64,000 bases of DNA, from contig CAWHIJ010000003.1 in assembly GCA_963829525.1 (NCBI GenBank), positions 1,952,001 to 2,016,000 of the forward strand. The letters run 5' to 3'. Both the position numbers and the translations under genes were made by a program. This DNA is from an uncultured Actinomycetota bacterium. Lineage in GTDB: Bacteria; Actinomycetota; Actinomycetes; JAHEKZ01. Within the stretch, counting starts at the first letter, position 1; every line of letters starts with the position of its first letter. The notes beneath the pieces are model-generated. The model did not search any database. It worked only from the letters and a program-made list of their open reading frames with translations, and had not been told where the DNA came from. Below, in pieces: positions 1 through 10,187 of the stretch.

Positions 1-190
1 CACGGCCTTCACGGCCAGCTGCGCGGTCAGCGATCGCGTCGAACGCCCGCGTCACCCAAGGCTCGGGCAGCCGCTGGGAAAGGCCCCAACCCGCGTGGTA
101 CCCGACCGTGGAGGCCGCCGACGTAACTCTGGCCATCGCGCGATCGCGCGCAACGAGAAGGGGGCCGCTGGCCCTGGCGACCGATGCCAT
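1..190 (-). CDS. Phosphatidylinositol mannoside acyltransferase (PatA-like), 5' part, runs off window start
   Basis: Hand translation MASVARASG...YHAGWGLSQRLPEPWVTRAFDAIAD; directly downstream of pgsA as in the conserved pgsA-patA-pimA operon; alternative start at 136. Confidence 0.75.
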   Translation of the reverse strand, partial: MASVARASGPLLVARDRAMARVTSAASTVGYHAGWGLSQRLPEPWVTRAFDAIADRAAGREGR

Positions 191-194
191 CGGA

Positions 195-809
195 CTACCG
201 GGGCAGCAGCTGGCGGCGGACGGCCCAGATCCGCTGCACCACCGTGACCCACGCGAGGACGGCAACCAACCATAGGCCTGTGTTCAGGACCCAGGGGGCG
301 TCAAACAGGCCGGCGACAAGAGCGGTAGCGAGGACCAGCACAAGACGCTCGGTCCGTTCGGCGATACCGGTACTGGCGTCGGCGCCGAGGCCCTCAGCCC
401 GAGCCCTCGCGTAGGAGACCATCAAGCCGCCCACCAGCGCGGCAAGAGTCACCCCCGCCATCGTCGTGTCGGCGCCGTCGCCGGCGAACCACAGCGCGAT
501 GCCGCAGAAGATCGCAGCATCGGCGACTCGGTCGAGCGTTGAGTCGAGGAATGCACCCCACGTCGATGGTCGTCCGGCCAACCGGGCCATGGTGCCGTCA
601 AGGGAGTCGGAGAACACGAAGATGCCGATCACCAGCGTGCCGACGAGGAAGTCACCGCGGGGAAAGAAATAGAGGGCGGCAACCGAGGTGCCGAAGGTAC
701 CGACGACCGTCACGGCGTCCGGGCTCACCTTCAGCTTCAACAGCAGTGCGGCCACTGGCGTGAAGACCCGTCGGGCCACCCCGCGCCCGGCATCTGTGAA
801 GCCGCCCAC
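195..809 (-). CDS. pgsA: Phosphatidylinositol phosphate synthase (CDP-alcohol phosphatidyltransferase)
   Basis: DSLDGTMAR...GAFLDSTLDRVAD motif; SYARARAEG; synteny. Confidence 0.93.
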   Translation of the reverse strand: MGGFTDAGRGVARRVFTPVAALLLKLKVSPDAVTVVGTFGTSVAALYFFPRGDFLVGTLVIGIFVFSDSLDGTMARLAGRPSTWGAFLDSTLDRVADAAIFCGIALWFAGDGADTTMAGVTLAALVGGLMVSYARARAEGLGADASTGIAERTERLVLVLATALVAGLFDAPWVLNTGLWLVAVLAWVTVVQRIWAVRRQLLPR

Positions 810-842
810 CTCGAGCTCCCGCCTCTCGCCGTCGGTTGCAGC

Positions 843-883
843 GCCCTGCTTGTGCCCTGCCTGTGCCCTGCCTGTGCCCTGCC
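843..883. repeat. 11-bp tandem repeat GCCCTGC(C/T)TGT, ~3.7 copies
   Basis: Units start at 843, 854, 865 and 876 in the pgsA/EF-G2 divergent intergenic region. Confidence 0.85.
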
Positions 884-1045
884 CAGTGAACAGAACGGAG
901 CACCCTCCGCACAGCGAGGGTAGCGATCACCCACCCCGGCAAGGCGCTCGCCTCCGACCGGGACCATTGGACACTTGCCCCCGCCGATCCGGGCGAGCAG
1001 GGTGGGGACGTCCACGAGACGGTTGACGCACGAGAGGGACAGACC

Positions 1046-3238
1046 ATGGCAGACAAGGGAGGCATCGCCAATGGCGGTGCCAGTGGCGGTTCAGGTGGTG
1101 GTGCTGGCGGGGCGACGCCGTCGGCCAGCAACCCCAGCACGATCCGAAACGTGGTGCTCGTTGGCCACAGCGGGGCTGGGAAGACCACTTTGGTCGAGGC
1201 GTTGCTGGCCGCCACCGGGACCATCGCTCGCGCCGGCCGCGTTGAGGATGGCACCACCGTCTCAGACTTCGACGAGGCCGAGCACCGTCAGAACCGCAGC
1301 GTCTCCCTCAGCCTCGCGCCATTGCAGCATGACGGCGTCAAGATCAACCTGCTCGACACCCCCGGCTATCCCGACTTCGTCGGCGACCTCCGGGCCGGCC
1401 TCAGGGCCGCTGATGCCGCACTCTTCGTCATCGCCGCAACCGATGGCATCGACGGGATGACCCGCCTGCTGTGGGAGGAGTGCGCCGCGGTCGGGATGCC
1501 GCGTGCGGTGGTGGTGACAAAGCTGGATGCACCGCGGGCTGACTACGACGAGGCCCTCTTCGCCGCCCAAAGCACCTTCGGCGACGGGGTGATGCCTCTC
1601 TACTTGCCGATGCTCGCCGACGACGACTCTCTTGGCGGCTTGATCGCACTGCTGTCACAGCAGGTCGACGACTACACGTCGGGTGTTCGGGTCGAGCGCA
1701 AGCCGGAGCCGCAGCATATCGAGATGATCGAGCCTGCGCGCGCAACCCTGCTCGAGGCAATCATCGCCGAGAGCGAGGACGAGACCCTGATGGACCGCTA
1801 CCTCGCCGGTGAGGAGGTCGACATCGACACGCTCATCGACGACCTCGAGAAGGCGGTTGCACGCGGCTCCTTCTACCCGGTGGTGCCGGTAGCAGCCTCC
1901 ACCGGCATGGGACTTGTCGAACTGCTCGAGGTGATGACCCGTGGGTTCCCCAGCCCTCTCGAGCACACGGTTCCCCCGGTTTCCACCCCGGACGGAGCCC
2001 CACAGGGCCCGTTGACGGCCGATCCCTCCGGCCCGCTCGTCGCCGAGGTGGTCAAGACGGTCAGCGACCCGTACGTGGGCCGGATCTCACTGGTGCGAGT
2101 CTTCTCAGGAACGCTTCGCCCTGACATGGTGGTCCACGTCTCCGGTCACGGACTGACAGACCGCGGCCACGAGGACCACGACGTGGATGAGAAGGTCGGT
2201 GCGCTCTCGTCTCCGCTAGGCAAGACCCAACGCCCGCTGGCCAAGGCAGTGGCCGGCGATGTCTGCGCAGTTGCCAAGCTCACCCGTGCCGAGACCGGCG
2301 ACACACTCTCAGGCAAGGAGCGGCCGCTGTTGATGCAGTCCTGGCAGATGCCCGATCCGCTGCTACCCGTTGCCATCGTGGCCAGGAGCAAGGCTGACGA
2401 AGACAAGCTCTCGCAGAGCCTGGCGCGGCTCGTCGCCGAAGACCCGACGATGCGGCTGGAGCACAGTCACGAAACCGGCCAGGTAGTCCTCTGGACGATG
2501 GGTGAGGCGCACATCGACGTTCTTCTCGATCGGCTCGCCAGCCGCTACGGCGTTTCAGTCGACACCGTGCCACTCCGCGTCGCGCTCAGAGAGACCTTCG
2601 CCGGTGCATCCAAGGGTCATGGGCGCCATGTCAAGCAGTCCGGTGGCCACGGACAGTTCGCCATCTGCGACATCGAGGTCGAGCCGCTGCCGCAAGGCAC
2701 CGGCTTCGAGTTCGTCGACAAGGTGGTGGGGGGATCGGTCCCCCGGCAGTTCATTCCGAGCGTCGAGAAGGGTGTGCGGGCCCAGATGGAGAAGGGTGTC
2801 GGAGCCGGGTATCCGATGGTCGACGTCCGCGTCACCCTCGTTGATGGAAAGGCGCACTCCGTCGACTCATCGGACATGGCCTTTCAGATGGCCGGTGGGC
2901 ACGCCCTGCGCGATGCCGCGGAGCAGTCCCAGATCCTGCTGCTCGAGCCCGTTGACGAGGTGTCGGTGCTCGTCGATGACGACTTCGTCGGCGCCGTCAT
3001 GGGAGACCTGTCGTCTCGCCGAGGTCATGTGGTGGGTACCGAGCCTCTCCCTGGTGCCATCGGAGATCGCGGACGCACGCTTGTGCGCGCCGAGGTGCCG
3101 CAGCTGGAGATCGTCAGGTACGCGATCGACCTACGGTCGATGTCACACGGAACCGGAACCTTTACCCGTCGCTACGCAAGGCATGATGCAATGCCGCCCC
3201 AGGTATCGGCCAAGGTGCTGGCTGAGGCTGCCGAGTAG
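1046..3238 (+). CDS. Elongation factor G-like protein EF-G2
   Basis: GHSGAGKTT P-loop, DTPGYPDF, TKLD, KQSGGHGQF, HSVDSS; actinobacterial position between pgsA and HIT. Confidence 0.93.
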   Translation: MADKGGIANGGASGGSGGGAGGATPSASNPSTIRNVVLVGHSGAGKTTLVEALLAATGTIARAGRVEDGTTVSDFDEAEHRQNRSVSLSLAPLQHDGVKINLLDTPGYPDFVGDLRAGLRAADAALFVIAATDGIDGMTRLLWEECAAVGMPRAVVVTKLDAPRADYDEALFAAQSTFGDGVMPLYLPMLADDDSLGGLIALLSQQVDDYTSGVRVERKPEPQHIEMIEPARATLLEAIIAESEDETLMDRYLAGEEVDIDTLIDDLEKAVARGSFYPVVPVAASTGMGLVELLEVMTRGFPSPLEHTVPPVSTPDGAPQGPLTADPSGPLVAEVVKTVSDPYVGRISLVRVFSGTLRPDMVVHVSGHGLTDRGHEDHDVDEKVGALSSPLGKTQRPLAKAVAGDVCAVAKLTRAETGDTLSGKERPLLMQSWQMPDPLLPVAIVARSKADEDKLSQSLARLVAEDPTMRLEHSHETGQVVLWTMGEAHIDVLLDRLASRYGVSVDTVPLRVALRETFAGASKGHGRHVKQSGGHGQFAICDIEVEPLPQGTGFEFVDKVVGGSVPRQFIPSVEKGVRAQMEKGVGAGYPMVDVRVTLVDGKAHSVDSSDMAFQMAGGHALRDAAEQSQILLLEPVDEVSVLVDDDFVGAVMGDLSSRRGHVVGTEPLPGAIGDRGRTLVRAEVPQLEIVRYAIDLRSMSHGTGTFTRRYARHDAMPPQVSAKVLAEAAE

Positions 3239-3293
3239 TGGCGCTGCCCTAAGGTGACGCCGTGATGTCACCGGACCGGAACCAACGACTCGA

Positions 3294-3773
3294 ATGCTGA
3301 GCGATCAGGCTGGGGTGCTCAGCGTCGTTGGCCGGCGGGCGCGAATGGTTACCGCCGCAGTTGTCTTTGGGCTCTTGACGGTGGGTGCCTTTGTCGGCCA
3401 GGACGACCACTTTCCGTTCGGGCCCTTCCGGATGTATGCCACCAGCAGTCAAGCAACTGGCGAAATTGCGGTGGTCGCCTTCGAGGTCAAGACCGAGGGC
3501 GGCGATTGGACGCTTGTCCGCCCATCACCAGGAACGGTCGGTATGAACGTTGCCGAGTTCGAAGGGCAGCTACCGCGTTTTGAGGAGGATCCCGACCTCC
3601 TGGCTGCTGTGGCCGCCAGCCGCGCCGCGCTGCATCCCGACGAACCCGAGTGGACCGACCTGCGAATCGTCCGACAGGCAACAGTGGTCGTCGACAAGGT
3701 GCCGACCGGAGAAGTCGTCGAGACCGTCCTCGCGGAGTGGACGGCCACACCCGACGATGGCCAGGCGGGCTGA
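3294..3773 (+). CDS. Membrane-anchored hypothetical protein (FPFGPFRMY motif), partner of HTTM protein
   Basis: One N-terminal hydrophobic helix; stop overlaps next start (TGATG). Confidence 0.75.
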   Translation: MLSDQAGVLSVVGRRARMVTAAVVFGLLTVGAFVGQDDHFPFGPFRMYATSSQATGEIAVVAFEVKTEGGDWTLVRPSPGTVGMNVAEFEGQLPRFEEDPDLLAAVAASRAALHPDEPEWTDLRIVRQATVVVDKVPTGEVVETVLAEWTATPDDGQAG

Positions 3774-4666
3774 TGAGCATGTCTATCCGCGCCGAGCATC
3801 GGTCGGGAATCTCGATCGGGAAGAGGACCTTTGGCTCGGTGAGCCGTTGGTGGTTCACGCCGGTTCCGCGGGCACGGATTGCTGCGTTCCGGGTGCTCGT
3901 CTACGCGTTCTTGCCAATTGACATGCTTGTCCTGCGCCCCTGGGGCGCTGCGCACGGTTACGTCGACTCCGACCTCTACCGCCCCCTGATGATCGGGCGA
4001 CTGCTGCCGCTCCCTACGCCGACTCCGACGATGGTCCACCTCGTGCAGTACGGAGCTGTCGCCGTCTCGGTCACACTTGTCGCCCTCGTGGCGAGCAACC
4101 GCGCACCACGGCTACAGACCTGGCTCGGTGCCAGCGTCTTCTTGCTCTACCTCGAGTGGATGGTAATCAGCTTCTCGTACGGAAAGGTTGACCACGACCG
4201 CTTCGCCTTCTTGGTCGCGCTGGCGGTCCTGCCGACTGCCGGACGGGCAGGCCTGCGCGACATGACATTGTCACAAGGAGCCGGCTGGGCGCTCCGGATG
4301 GTGCAGGTCGGCGTGGTGGCAACGTACTTCTACGCTGCGGTCGCCAAGGTTCGGTTCGGGGGGTGGGGCTGGGTCAACTCCACCACCATTGCGCGTGCGG
4401 TGATCCGCCGGGGGACCATGTTCGCCGACCCCCTCCTGCAAATGCCCTGGACACTGCAGTTGACGCAGTGGTTCATCATCGCTGTCGAGTTCGCATCCCC
4501 TGCCTTGCTTTTCGTACGACCGAAGATCCAGCAGTATGCGGTGGCGTTCTTGGTCGCCTTCCACGTCATGACGTTCTTGATGATCCGCATCATCTTCATG
4601 CCGCACGTTGTGTGCCTCGCCGCATTTCTGCCACTGGAGCGTGTCCTTAACCGCGCAGCGAAGTGA
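3773..4666 (+). CDS. HTTM-domain multi-pass membrane protein (vitamin-K-dependent carboxylase-like membrane domain)
   Basis: Multiple TM helices; LRMVQ...YFYAAVAKV...W and FHVMTFLMIRIIF motifs; ATG at 3773 in frame with ORF 3650..4666. Confidence 0.7.
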   Translation: MSMSIRAEHRSGISIGKRTFGSVSRWWFTPVPRARIAAFRVLVYAFLPIDMLVLRPWGAAHGYVDSDLYRPLMIGRLLPLPTPTPTMVHLVQYGAVAVSVTLVALVASNRAPRLQTWLGASVFLLYLEWMVISFSYGKVDHDRFAFLVALAVLPTAGRAGLRDMTLSQGAGWALRMVQVGVVATYFYAAVAKVRFGGWGWVNSTTIARAVIRRGTMFADPLLQMPWTLQLTQWFIIAVEFASPALLFVRPKIQQYAVAFLVAFHVMTFLMIRIIFMPHVVCLAAFLPLERVLNRAAK

Positions 4667-5189
4667 CGGCACCGCCCGGCCAGCAAGCGCGCAGTGCATC
4701 ACGGGTGTCGTGAAGCGACTGCGGCATCACCTTTGTCTGGGCGACCACTGGCATGAAGTTGGTGTCGCCGCCCCAACGTGGCACTACATGCTGATGTAGG
4801 TGCCCTGCGATGCCGGCACCTCCGACCGCACCCTGGTTCATGCCGAGATTGAATCCGTGCGGCTCCATCGCTTCCTGTAGAGCAGTGATCGTCTGCTGCG
4901 TGAGGTCGGCGAGCTCGTGCGCTTCGTCGGGTGAGAGGTCAACGAACCCAGCGACATGGCGATACGTGCAGACCAGTGCGTGCCCGGGGTTGTACGGGTA
5001 AAGATTCAGCACAACGTAGGTGTGCTCACCACGCGCGACCACCAGCGATGCGTCATCGGGTTCAACCGGCGCCCGGCAGAAAGGACAGCCGTCACCGGGT
5101 TCAGTGGAGTCAGGACGGTTCTCTCCCTGGATGTACGCGAGTCGGTCCGGGGCCCACAACCTCTGGATGCCGTCAGGGTCGGACGCCAT
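4647..5189 (-). CDS. HIT family protein (Ap4A phosphorylase-like)
   Basis: CPFC, LNLYPYNPGH, HLHQHVVPRW; downstream of thrS. Confidence 0.92.
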   Translation of the reverse strand: MASDPDGIQRLWAPDRLAYIQGENRPDSTEPGDGCPFCRAPVEPDDASLVVARGEHTYVVLNLYPYNPGHALVCTYRHVAGFVDLSPDEAHELADLTQQTITALQEAMEPHGFNLGMNQGAVGGAGIAGHLHQHVVPRWGGDTNFMPVVAQTKVMPQSLHDTRDALRACWPGGAVTSLRG

Positions 5190-5201
5190 GGCAGAGCCGG
5201 C

Positions 5202-7190
5202 CTACGCCCGACGCTCGGCCACGTCGGAGACGATCCGTGCTACTGCGACCGAGACAGGGATGCCGTTCTCCTGCGTGCCGTCTCGGAAGCGGAAGGAGAC
5301 TGCGCCCTTGCTGACATCCTCATCACCGGCAAGCAACATGAACGGAACCTTTTGCTTCTGGGCGGTGCGAATCTTCTTCTGCATCCGGTCATCGGACTCA
5401 TCCACCTCGACTCGGATGCCCTGTGTACGCAGCTGTGCGGCGACGTCTTTCAGGTACTCAACGTGTGCGTCCGAAATTGGGATCCCGACCACCTGCACCG
5501 GAGCCAGCCAGGCAGGGAACGCCCCCGCGTAGTGCTCGAGCAGGACCCCGAAGAACCTCTCGATCGAGCCGAATAGAGCGCGATGGATCATGACCGGTCG
5601 TTGTCTTGTGCCGTCAGCGGCTTGGTACTCCAGCTCGAAGAGCTGGGGCAGCTGGAAGTCCACCTGGATCGTCGACATCTGCCAGGTGCGTCCGATGGCG
5701 TCCTTGGTCTGGACCGAGATCTTGGGACCGTAAAAGGCAGCGCCGCCCTCGTCCATGACGAGATCGAGGTTCTGCTTCTCGGCCGCAAGACGCAGGGTCT
5801 CGGTGGCTTCGGCCCACTCTGAATCCCCGCCGACATATTTCTCATTGTTGCGAGTGGAGAGCTCAAGGTAGAAGTCGTCAAGCCCATAGTCGCGAAGCAG
5901 GTCGAGCACGAAGGTGAGAAGACTGTCGAGCTCGGCAGGCATCTGCTCCTTGGTGCAGTAGATGTGCGCATCATCTTGCGTCATCCCCCGTACTCGGGTC
6001 AGTCCATGGACAACGCCCGACTTCTCGTACCGGTACACCGACCCGAACTCGAAGAGTCGTAACGGCAGCTCGCGGTAGGAACGTCCCCGCGACCGATAGA
6101 TCAGGTTGTGGAACGGGCAGTTCATCGGCTTCAGATAGTAGTTCTGTCCAGGACGCCGGACGTTCCCGTCGTCGTCGTACTCCGCATCCAGATGCATGGG
6201 CGGGTACATCCCGTCGGCATACCAGTCGAGGTGTCCGGAGGTCTCGAAGAGTGCCTGCTTGGTGATGTGCGGCGAGTAGACGAACTCATACCCCGACTCT
6301 TCATGTCGGCGTCGCGAGTAGTCCTCCATGACCCGGCGAACAGTCCCACCCTTTGGGTGGAAGACCGCGAGCCCAGAGCCGATCTCGTCAGGGAAGGAGA
6401 AGAGGTCCAGCTCAGCGCCAAGCCGCCGATGGTCACGACGCTCAGCCTCGTCGAGGAAGGCTAAATACTGGACGAGTTCGTCCTTGGTCGGCCAAGCCGT
6501 GCCGTAGATGCGCTGCAGCTGCGGGTTCTTCTCGCTACCGCGCCAGTACGCGGCCGCCGAGCGCATCAGTTTGAAGCTTGGGATATGCCTGGTCGAGGGC
6601 AGGTGTGGACCCCGGCAAAGGTCTTGCCATTTCCGCTCCCCACTCTTGGCATCGATGTTCTCGTAGATGGTGAGCTCGGCGCCCCCTACCTCCATCACGT
6701 CATCGTCGACGGCACCACCTTTGAGGCCTATCAGCTCGAGCTTGTAAGGCTCGTGGGAGAGCTCGTCGCGTGCCTCGCTCTCGGAGATGACTCGGCGCCC
6801 GAAGCGTTGCCCGGACTTGACGATCTGCTGCATTCGCTTCTCAAGGAGCTTGATGTCCTCCGGGGTGAAGGGTGTGTCGACATCGAAGTCGTAGTAGAAG
6901 CCGTCCTTGATCGGAGGCCCGATGCCCAGCTTTGCGTCTGGGAACGTGTCCTGTACCGCCTGGGCTAGCACGTGGGCACAAGAGTGACGGAGCACAGCAA
7001 GACCGTCGGCTGAATCGATGAGCACCGGATCTACCTCGTCACCGGCGGCGAGAACGTGCTTGAGGTCGCGCAGCTCACCATTGATGCGCGCGACGACGAT
7101 GGCTCGATCGGCCGCAAAGAGGTCGGCCGCCGTGGTTCCCGACGCCACCTGCTGCGCACCTCCAGCAACGGTGATGGTGAGGTCGGACAC
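5202..7190 (-). CDS. thrS: Threonine--tRNA ligase
   Basis: TGS domain, [39 protein letters not shown]. Confidence 0.98.
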   Translation of the reverse strand: MSDLTITVAGGAQQVASGTTAADLFAADRAIVVARINGELRDLKHVLAAGDEVDPVLIDSADGLAVLRHSCAHVLAQAVQDTFPDAKLGIGPPIKDGFYYDFDVDTPFTPEDIKLLEKRMQQIVKSGQRFGRRVISESEARDELSHEPYKLELIGLKGGAVDDDVMEVGGAELTIYENIDAKSGERKWQDLCRGPHLPSTRHIPSFKLMRSAAAYWRGSEKNPQLQRIYGTAWPTKDELVQYLAFLDEAERRDHRRLGAELDLFSFPDEIGSGLAVFHPKGGTVRRVMEDYSRRRHEESGYEFVYSPHITKQALFETSGHLDWYADGMYPPMHLDAEYDDDGNVRRPGQNYYLKPMNCPFHNLIYRSRGRSYRELPLRLFEFGSVYRYEKSGVVHGLTRVRGMTQDDAHIYCTKEQMPAELDSLLTFVLDLLRDYGLDDFYLELSTRNNEKYVGGDSEWAEATETLRLAAEKQNLDLVMDEGGAAFYGPKISVQTKDAIGRTWQMSTIQVDFQLPQLFELEYQAADGTRQRPVMIHRALFGSIERFFGVLLEHYAGAFPAWLAPVQVVGIPISDAHVEYLKDVAAQLRTQGIRVEVDESDDRMQKKIRTAQKQKVPFMLLAGDEDVSKGAVSFRFRDGTQENGIPVSVAVARIVSDVAERRA

Positions 7191-7261
7191 AGGATGCTCC
7201 TCGGCAGTTGCGTGATGTCGCCACGATCGTATCGAGCCGGCTCCCCAACACCCTTCGCGGC

Positions 7262-8560
7262 TTACCGCCGCTGCACCCGCATTCGCCAGAGCACGCCGTC
7301 GTAAGTGACCGCGTAGATCTCGCCCTGGTCGTCGACACCGAACGAGGTTGCACCGATCCCGCCACCGAGCCGCTGCGGTTGGAGCACCCGGCCGGCCTTC
7401 GCGCGATAGAGCCAGACTCTTCGAGTCACGAAGTCGGCGAAGATGTAGGTACCACCGAGCTGACGCTGGTAACGCTGGCCCCGGTAGACGTAGCCGCCGG
7501 TGATCGACTCAGCTGTGTCGTGACGCACCACTGTCACCGGTCCCACGTAGTCGATCGAGTTCCGACAACGGCCGGCGTTATAGGTGCTCCGCCCCTCTTT
7601 GCATGACCACCCGAGGTGAATACGTCGCGGGTGTGGTCCGACCCGGTCGATCTCCTCGTACGCGTCCTGCCCGACATCACCGATCCAGAGGTCGTCGGTG
7701 CGGTCGTCAAAGCTGAATCGCCAGGGGTTTCGCAGGCCCATGAGCCAGATTTCGTTCTTCCCTCGCTTCCCGACGAATGGGTTTCCGTCCGGTACGCAGT
7801 AGCGGCGATCCCGGCAACTTCCGTACGGGTTGATACGAAGGATCTTGCCCCGCAGGTCGCTCCTGTCACCCGCCGCGTTGAAGGGGTCACCGCCTCCCCC
7901 GCCATCGCCGACCCCGATGTAGAGCCGCTTGTTCGGACCAAAGGCGAGCTGGCCCCCATAGTGGTTGTCGTAGGTCGGATGGGGCACCCGCAGCACGGTC
8001 CGCAACGTCTTGGTGGACACCCGGGTCGCTCCGGCATTCTGCGCTCTCATGCGCGCCACCACAAGGTCACCGTTGCCTTCTGCCGTGTATGTCACCCAGA
8101 GCAGTCCATCCCGACGAAAGCTCGGGCTGAAGGCCAGCGACAGCAACCCGCCTTCCCCAGCTGGGTTGACGCGGCCACCGATCGACAGGTACGGCTTGGC
8201 TGCTACCCGCCCGTCTCGCACGATGCGTACAACGCCCCCCTTCTGCACGACGAAGAGGCGCTTCCGACCGTCGGGAGCTGAGGTGACTTCCGTCGGCTGG
8301 CTCAGCGAGGAGGTCACTCGCTGCCATCGAACCTCGAACCGCCGGAGCGGAGCCTTTCGGGTCGTGGCGTCGTTGCCGGCCGAGGTCGAGCTGGAAGCTC
8401 TGGACGGCCCGCCTGCGGCCCCCGGATCAACCGACACGGACGCGTCAAGCTCACCCGCTGCGGGCGATGGGGCCGAAATGAGGCTCCCTAACACAAGCGC
8501 CAGGCCCATCGAGCCTGCGAGGAGCCGACGACGGGGAAGGTACGCACGGTTCGGAGTCAT
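7262..8560 (-). CDS. Secreted PQQ-dependent sugar dehydrogenase (GSDH beta-propeller), probable Tat substrate
   Basis: PRRRLL signal; [45 protein letters not shown]. Confidence 0.88.
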   Translation of the reverse strand: MTPNRAYLPRRRLLAGSMGLALVLGSLISAPSPAAGELDASVSVDPGAAGGPSRASSSTSAGNDATTRKAPLRRFEVRWQRVTSSLSQPTEVTSAPDGRKRLFVVQKGGVVRIVRDGRVAAKPYLSIGGRVNPAGEGGLLSLAFSPSFRRDGLLWVTYTAEGNGDLVVARMRAQNAGATRVSTKTLRTVLRVPHPTYDNHYGGQLAFGPNKRLYIGVGDGGGGGDPFNAAGDRSDLRGKILRINPYGSCRDRRYCVPDGNPFVGKRGKNEIWLMGLRNPWRFSFDDRTDDLWIGDVGQDAYEEIDRVGPHPRRIHLGWSCKEGRSTYNAGRCRNSIDYVGPVTVVRHDTAESITGGYVYRGQRYQRQLGGTYIFADFVTRRVWLYRAKAGRVLQPQRLGGGIGATSFGVDDQGEIYAVTYDGVLWRMRVQRR

Positions 8561-8775
8561 TCAGTCATCGTGCGACTTCGAAGGCTTGATCACAAGCACC
8601 CAGATGTGGCTGGACTACACAACCGCAGATGAGACTAATGACACCTAGGCGGTCGGAAAAGCTCCGGCGGCTCAAAACAGGTAGATCCCCAGGACAACCC
8701 CGCTAGCAGCGAGTTGACACACGGGAAACTCTTACCCGAAGAGGGAGGCGCTTAGGCCTCTGACCTGCTCTTGCA

Positions 8776-8852
8776 TGGTGGGCGATGGCGGACTCGAACC
8801 GCCGACCTCTTCGGTGTGAACGAAGCGCTCTAACCAACTGAGCTAACCGCCC
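8776..8852 (-). tRNA. tRNA-Val(CAC)
   Basis: GGGCGGTTAGCTCAG...CTTCG-TTCACAC-CGAAG...GGTTCGAGTCC...CGCCCACCA; CCA encoded. Confidence 0.96.
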
Positions 8853-8877
8853 TAGTGGCCCGAGAGCCTATCGCAGC

Positions 8878-8914
8878 GTTGAGCCCGGGCACGCACAGCG
8901 TGTCCGGGCTCAAC
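8878..8914 (-). terminator. Hairpin, probable terminator of the 8962..9612 gene
   Basis: GTTGAGCCCGGGCACG...CGTGTCCGGGCTCAAC near-perfect inverted repeat. Confidence 0.6.
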
Positions 8915-8961
8915 GGTCGTACGGGTCGTTACCTCAGCGTGACTGCTTCAGCGTCGGTAAC

Positions 8962-9612
8962 TCACCGGTTGCGCAGCACCCCACACAGCGCTGGGTCAGT
9001 CGCCTCAGCGGGAAGGGTGGGGTCAAGCTCACTCTTGCCGGCACTCTTGAAGTCGTACCTTCCGTTGCCGTTGTAGTCGACACCGTGGATGACGATGACG
9101 CCCTTTCCGTTCTTGATTGCTCTAGCAACGGCCTTGCTCTTGAAGGTGATTGCACGGTCATAGTGGATGTCACCTCTTGGCGCCGTGGGGAACCGGTCGA
9201 CAGCGAGAGCGCTCGCGGGAGAGGTGTCGCCACTGGTGGTGAGTGACTTCTTGATGCCACCGTAAGCAGGAAGACCCTCCGCAACATTCACCCGGAAGTC
9301 GTTGTTCGTGTCGTCCTTGATCGTGGGGCACTCGTGGCGTGCCTCTTTGCCGAAGTGCACGTGCTCCGCGTGCGGTAGTCCCTTCGCCAGGTTGAACGCG
9401 TCCAGGTGCACATGCGCCTTACGGCCTTCGAATCGCACCTTCACATGGCCGTAGGCGCCTGAGCTGTTGAGTGGCAGCAGATGTCCCTGCAAGTGGACGC
9501 CGGTCGCCTGGCTGGCTCGATCGGCACCGTCCGAGGCCGCCGCCGCCGTTCCCGCAGCCGCGATCATGACGGCAGCGCCAAGTGCCGTGCCTGCTCTTCC
9601 AAGTCGATGCAT
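8962..9612 (-). CDS. Secreted protein with CHRD/Cu,Zn-SOD-like His/Cys motifs
   Basis: Signal peptide ending AAAA; PHAEHVH...C, VIVIHG, ALCGVL. Confidence 0.7.
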   Translation of the reverse strand: MHRLGRAGTALGAAVMIAAAGTAAAASDGADRASQATGVHLQGHLLPLNSSGAYGHVKVRFEGRKAHVHLDAFNLAKGLPHAEHVHFGKEARHECPTIKDDTNNDFRVNVAEGLPAYGGIKKSLTTSGDTSPASALAVDRFPTAPRGDIHYDRAITFKSKAVARAIKNGKGVIVIHGVDYNGNGRYDFKSAGKSELDPTLPAEATDPALCGVLRNR

Positions 9613-9746
9613 ACCTGCTCCTTCGATTCGAGTCTTTCGCCACCCTCCGGTTGGCAGGTTGCTCTTGCCCTGCCGGATGTAGGGCTAAACCTCATGCCAA
9701 AGGGACTTTGACGAATGACCTGCACCTGGGACGGAGCAAATCGGGG

Positions 9747-10187
9747 TCAGCCGAGCCCGAACCAGCCGAGGACCCCACTCAGCGTCCAGCCGTAGTGGTA
9801 CACGTACCAGGAGACGACTGCGGCGACCAAGAACAGTGCGATCAGACCGAGCACAGTGGTGCGTTTACGGTTCTCTGGTGACCAGGCCGAGGATGCCGCC
9901 CCTTGGGCCTTGTCCTTGGTGACGACGAGAAGTCGGTGCGCCCAGGCGTACTCGGTCGCGAGGACAGCTAGCCCCAGGAAGATGACGGCCCACCCCGGCC
10001 CGGGCAGTACCAGCATCGACAGGCCAACGAGGACGATTAAGACACCGATCGTCGTGGCAATGACGCGCCACACGAGGCGACGAACAGCACTGTCGCCAGT
10101 GGCGCGCATCTTGAGCCGGTAGAGCCAGTCAGGACCTGGGGGGTCGAAGGCCTCCTCCCCTGCGTCCGGCGGCTCTGACTGGGTCAT
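9747..10187 (-). CDS. TIGR02611-family (PGPGW) membrane protein
   Basis: LPGPGWAVIFLGLAVLATEYAWA; ATG at 10187 overlaps hutI stop. Confidence 0.88.
   Translation of the reverse strand: MTQSEPPDAGEEAFDPPGPDWLYRLKMRATGDSAVRRLVWRVIATTIGVLIVLVGLSMLVLPGPGWAVIFLGLAVLATEYAWAHRLLVVTKDKAQGAASSAWSPENRKRTTVLGLIALFLVAAVVSWYVYHYGWTLSGVLGWFGLG

Noticed and set aside
8755-8775. GGCCTCTGACCTGC next to the tRNA-Val(CAC) 3' end as an att-site remnant
   Set aside because: Short motif common in actinobacterial intergenic DNA; no integrase or duplicated tRNA end seen
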